64,000 bases of DNA from Gnetum montanum. Taxonomy: Eukaryota; Plantae; Gnetophyta. Position 1 is the stretch's first letter; each line of letters starts with the position of its first letter. A program made the position numbers and the translations under genes. The DNA lies in NCBI GenBank assembly GCA_015680685.1, contig MNCI01003452.1:185142-249141 (forward strand), written 5' to 3'. Below, one piece after another: positions 62,924 through 64,000 of this stretch. The notes beneath the pieces were generated by a model. The model saw only the letters and a list, made by a program, of their open reading frames with translations. It did not search any database and was not told where the DNA came from.

Positions 62924-64000
62924 TGTGAGAGATGTCCTAGATGGTGGTTCTCTTGGGCTCTCCCCATGGTTCGGGGGACATGGAACACTTTGAGGCATCC
63001 TTGGGTGGCTCTCAAGTGTTACAAAACCCACCTTGGCTTGGTGGTACCAAGCTAGCAATAGGACACCCTCCTGTTGCAACTCTCTTCTCTAAGTCCTCTT
63101 CCTTCCCTCTTCTCTGCGGAGAACTACATGGCCCTGATTCTATGGTGGTCGTAGATATGTAGGCAGCCAAGACTGGATAGTTTTGGTGTGGTGCCATGCC
63201 ACACCTTGTACCAGATCATGAGGGATCTAGGGGTGAGTTACCTTACCTTGTAGGTGCATTGTCTCCCCTTCCATCGATGTGGTCTACAAGGTTGTGTGTG
63301 TGCTTGTTTGTTTGGTTCTCTTCTGCTTGTACTCGTAAGATGCTTGCTTGTTTGAGGCGTATTCCCCAGGTATTCTGCCCCAGATCCATTAGATCTTTGT
63401 GAAATCCTTGGGGTGCTGGGCAACTTCGGGGCAACGTTGTTACAAATGGCATCGAAGTTGTACAGTTTTAGTTATTTGGTAAAAGTTTCTCGCTAAGTGG
63501 GTATCAAGGCTTGTGGTTTGTGAGGTTTCCAATAGAAACTAGCTAACCCCATTCTCAACTTTTGTTAACCACTACCTTGGAGGGTGGTCTTGTGCTAAAG
63601 CTCTCTTTAGCAAACCAAATGTTATGGGATCATGTCAAGGTAGTTGTTAAGGCCTTAGCCCATCCTGGTTTAGAGAAATGATAGCGTCTTGGTGTTGTGC
63701 TCCCCTTGTTTACTTGTGGTTGGACTAGTTGTGAGTGTATGTGATATGGTTGAGAGGAGTTCTACTGGCAACTCAGGAATTTTGTTGCTTAAGGAGCTCC
63801 CATCTCAGGTCTCTAGTGTTTCATCTGGGATGAATTGGACCTAGTCTTCGTTTCAGTTTCCACCCAGATGACATGTTTCGAGATGGCATTTGTTGAATCG
63901 TGTAGGATAGGATATCCTTGACACTCCCACTCACCCTAGATACAGTGAGTATGGGAAAATACAAATGGGAACAAGATGGTTCCCATGTACCTTAGGATGG
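62924..64000 (+). mobile_element. 5' LTR (62924-63444) and start of a chromovirus-like element inserted at the end of the Tat integrase; runs off the window
   Basis: Abrupt shift in base composition at TGTGAGAGA. LTR end GGCAACGTTGTTACA followed by a degenerate Met-type PBS TGGCATCGAAG; termini similar to 40473-41020. Confidence 0.65.

Overview
Plant nuclear DNA, probably from a large-genome non-flowering vascular plant (inferred from a Tat element with PR-aRH-RT domain order and a giant intron; not proven). The only host gene is the 3' half of a nucleotide-sugar transporter (UTR7-like, + strand, 4 visible exons), split by a 37.2-kb intron (1959-39116) full of retrotransposons. The intron holds a near full-length L1-clade LINE, two more diverged LINE copies, a full-length Athila-type Ty3/gypsy element, a deleted CRM-like element and a solo LTR. 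Downstream of the gene are a chromovirus interrupted by a pol-less Athila relative, a decayed Tat element, and the start of another chromovirus-like element. Most interesting signal: where many plant L1s carry RNase H, this LINE family carries a tail made of a domain resembling the Athila accessory (env-like, PF20167-type) protein, a long coiled coil and a C-terminal DnaJ-like J-domain. All or part of the tail is recognisable in three divergent copies here, one of which reads in frame across the Athila insertion site. All domain calls are by-eye motif matches; no HMM or database search was run.
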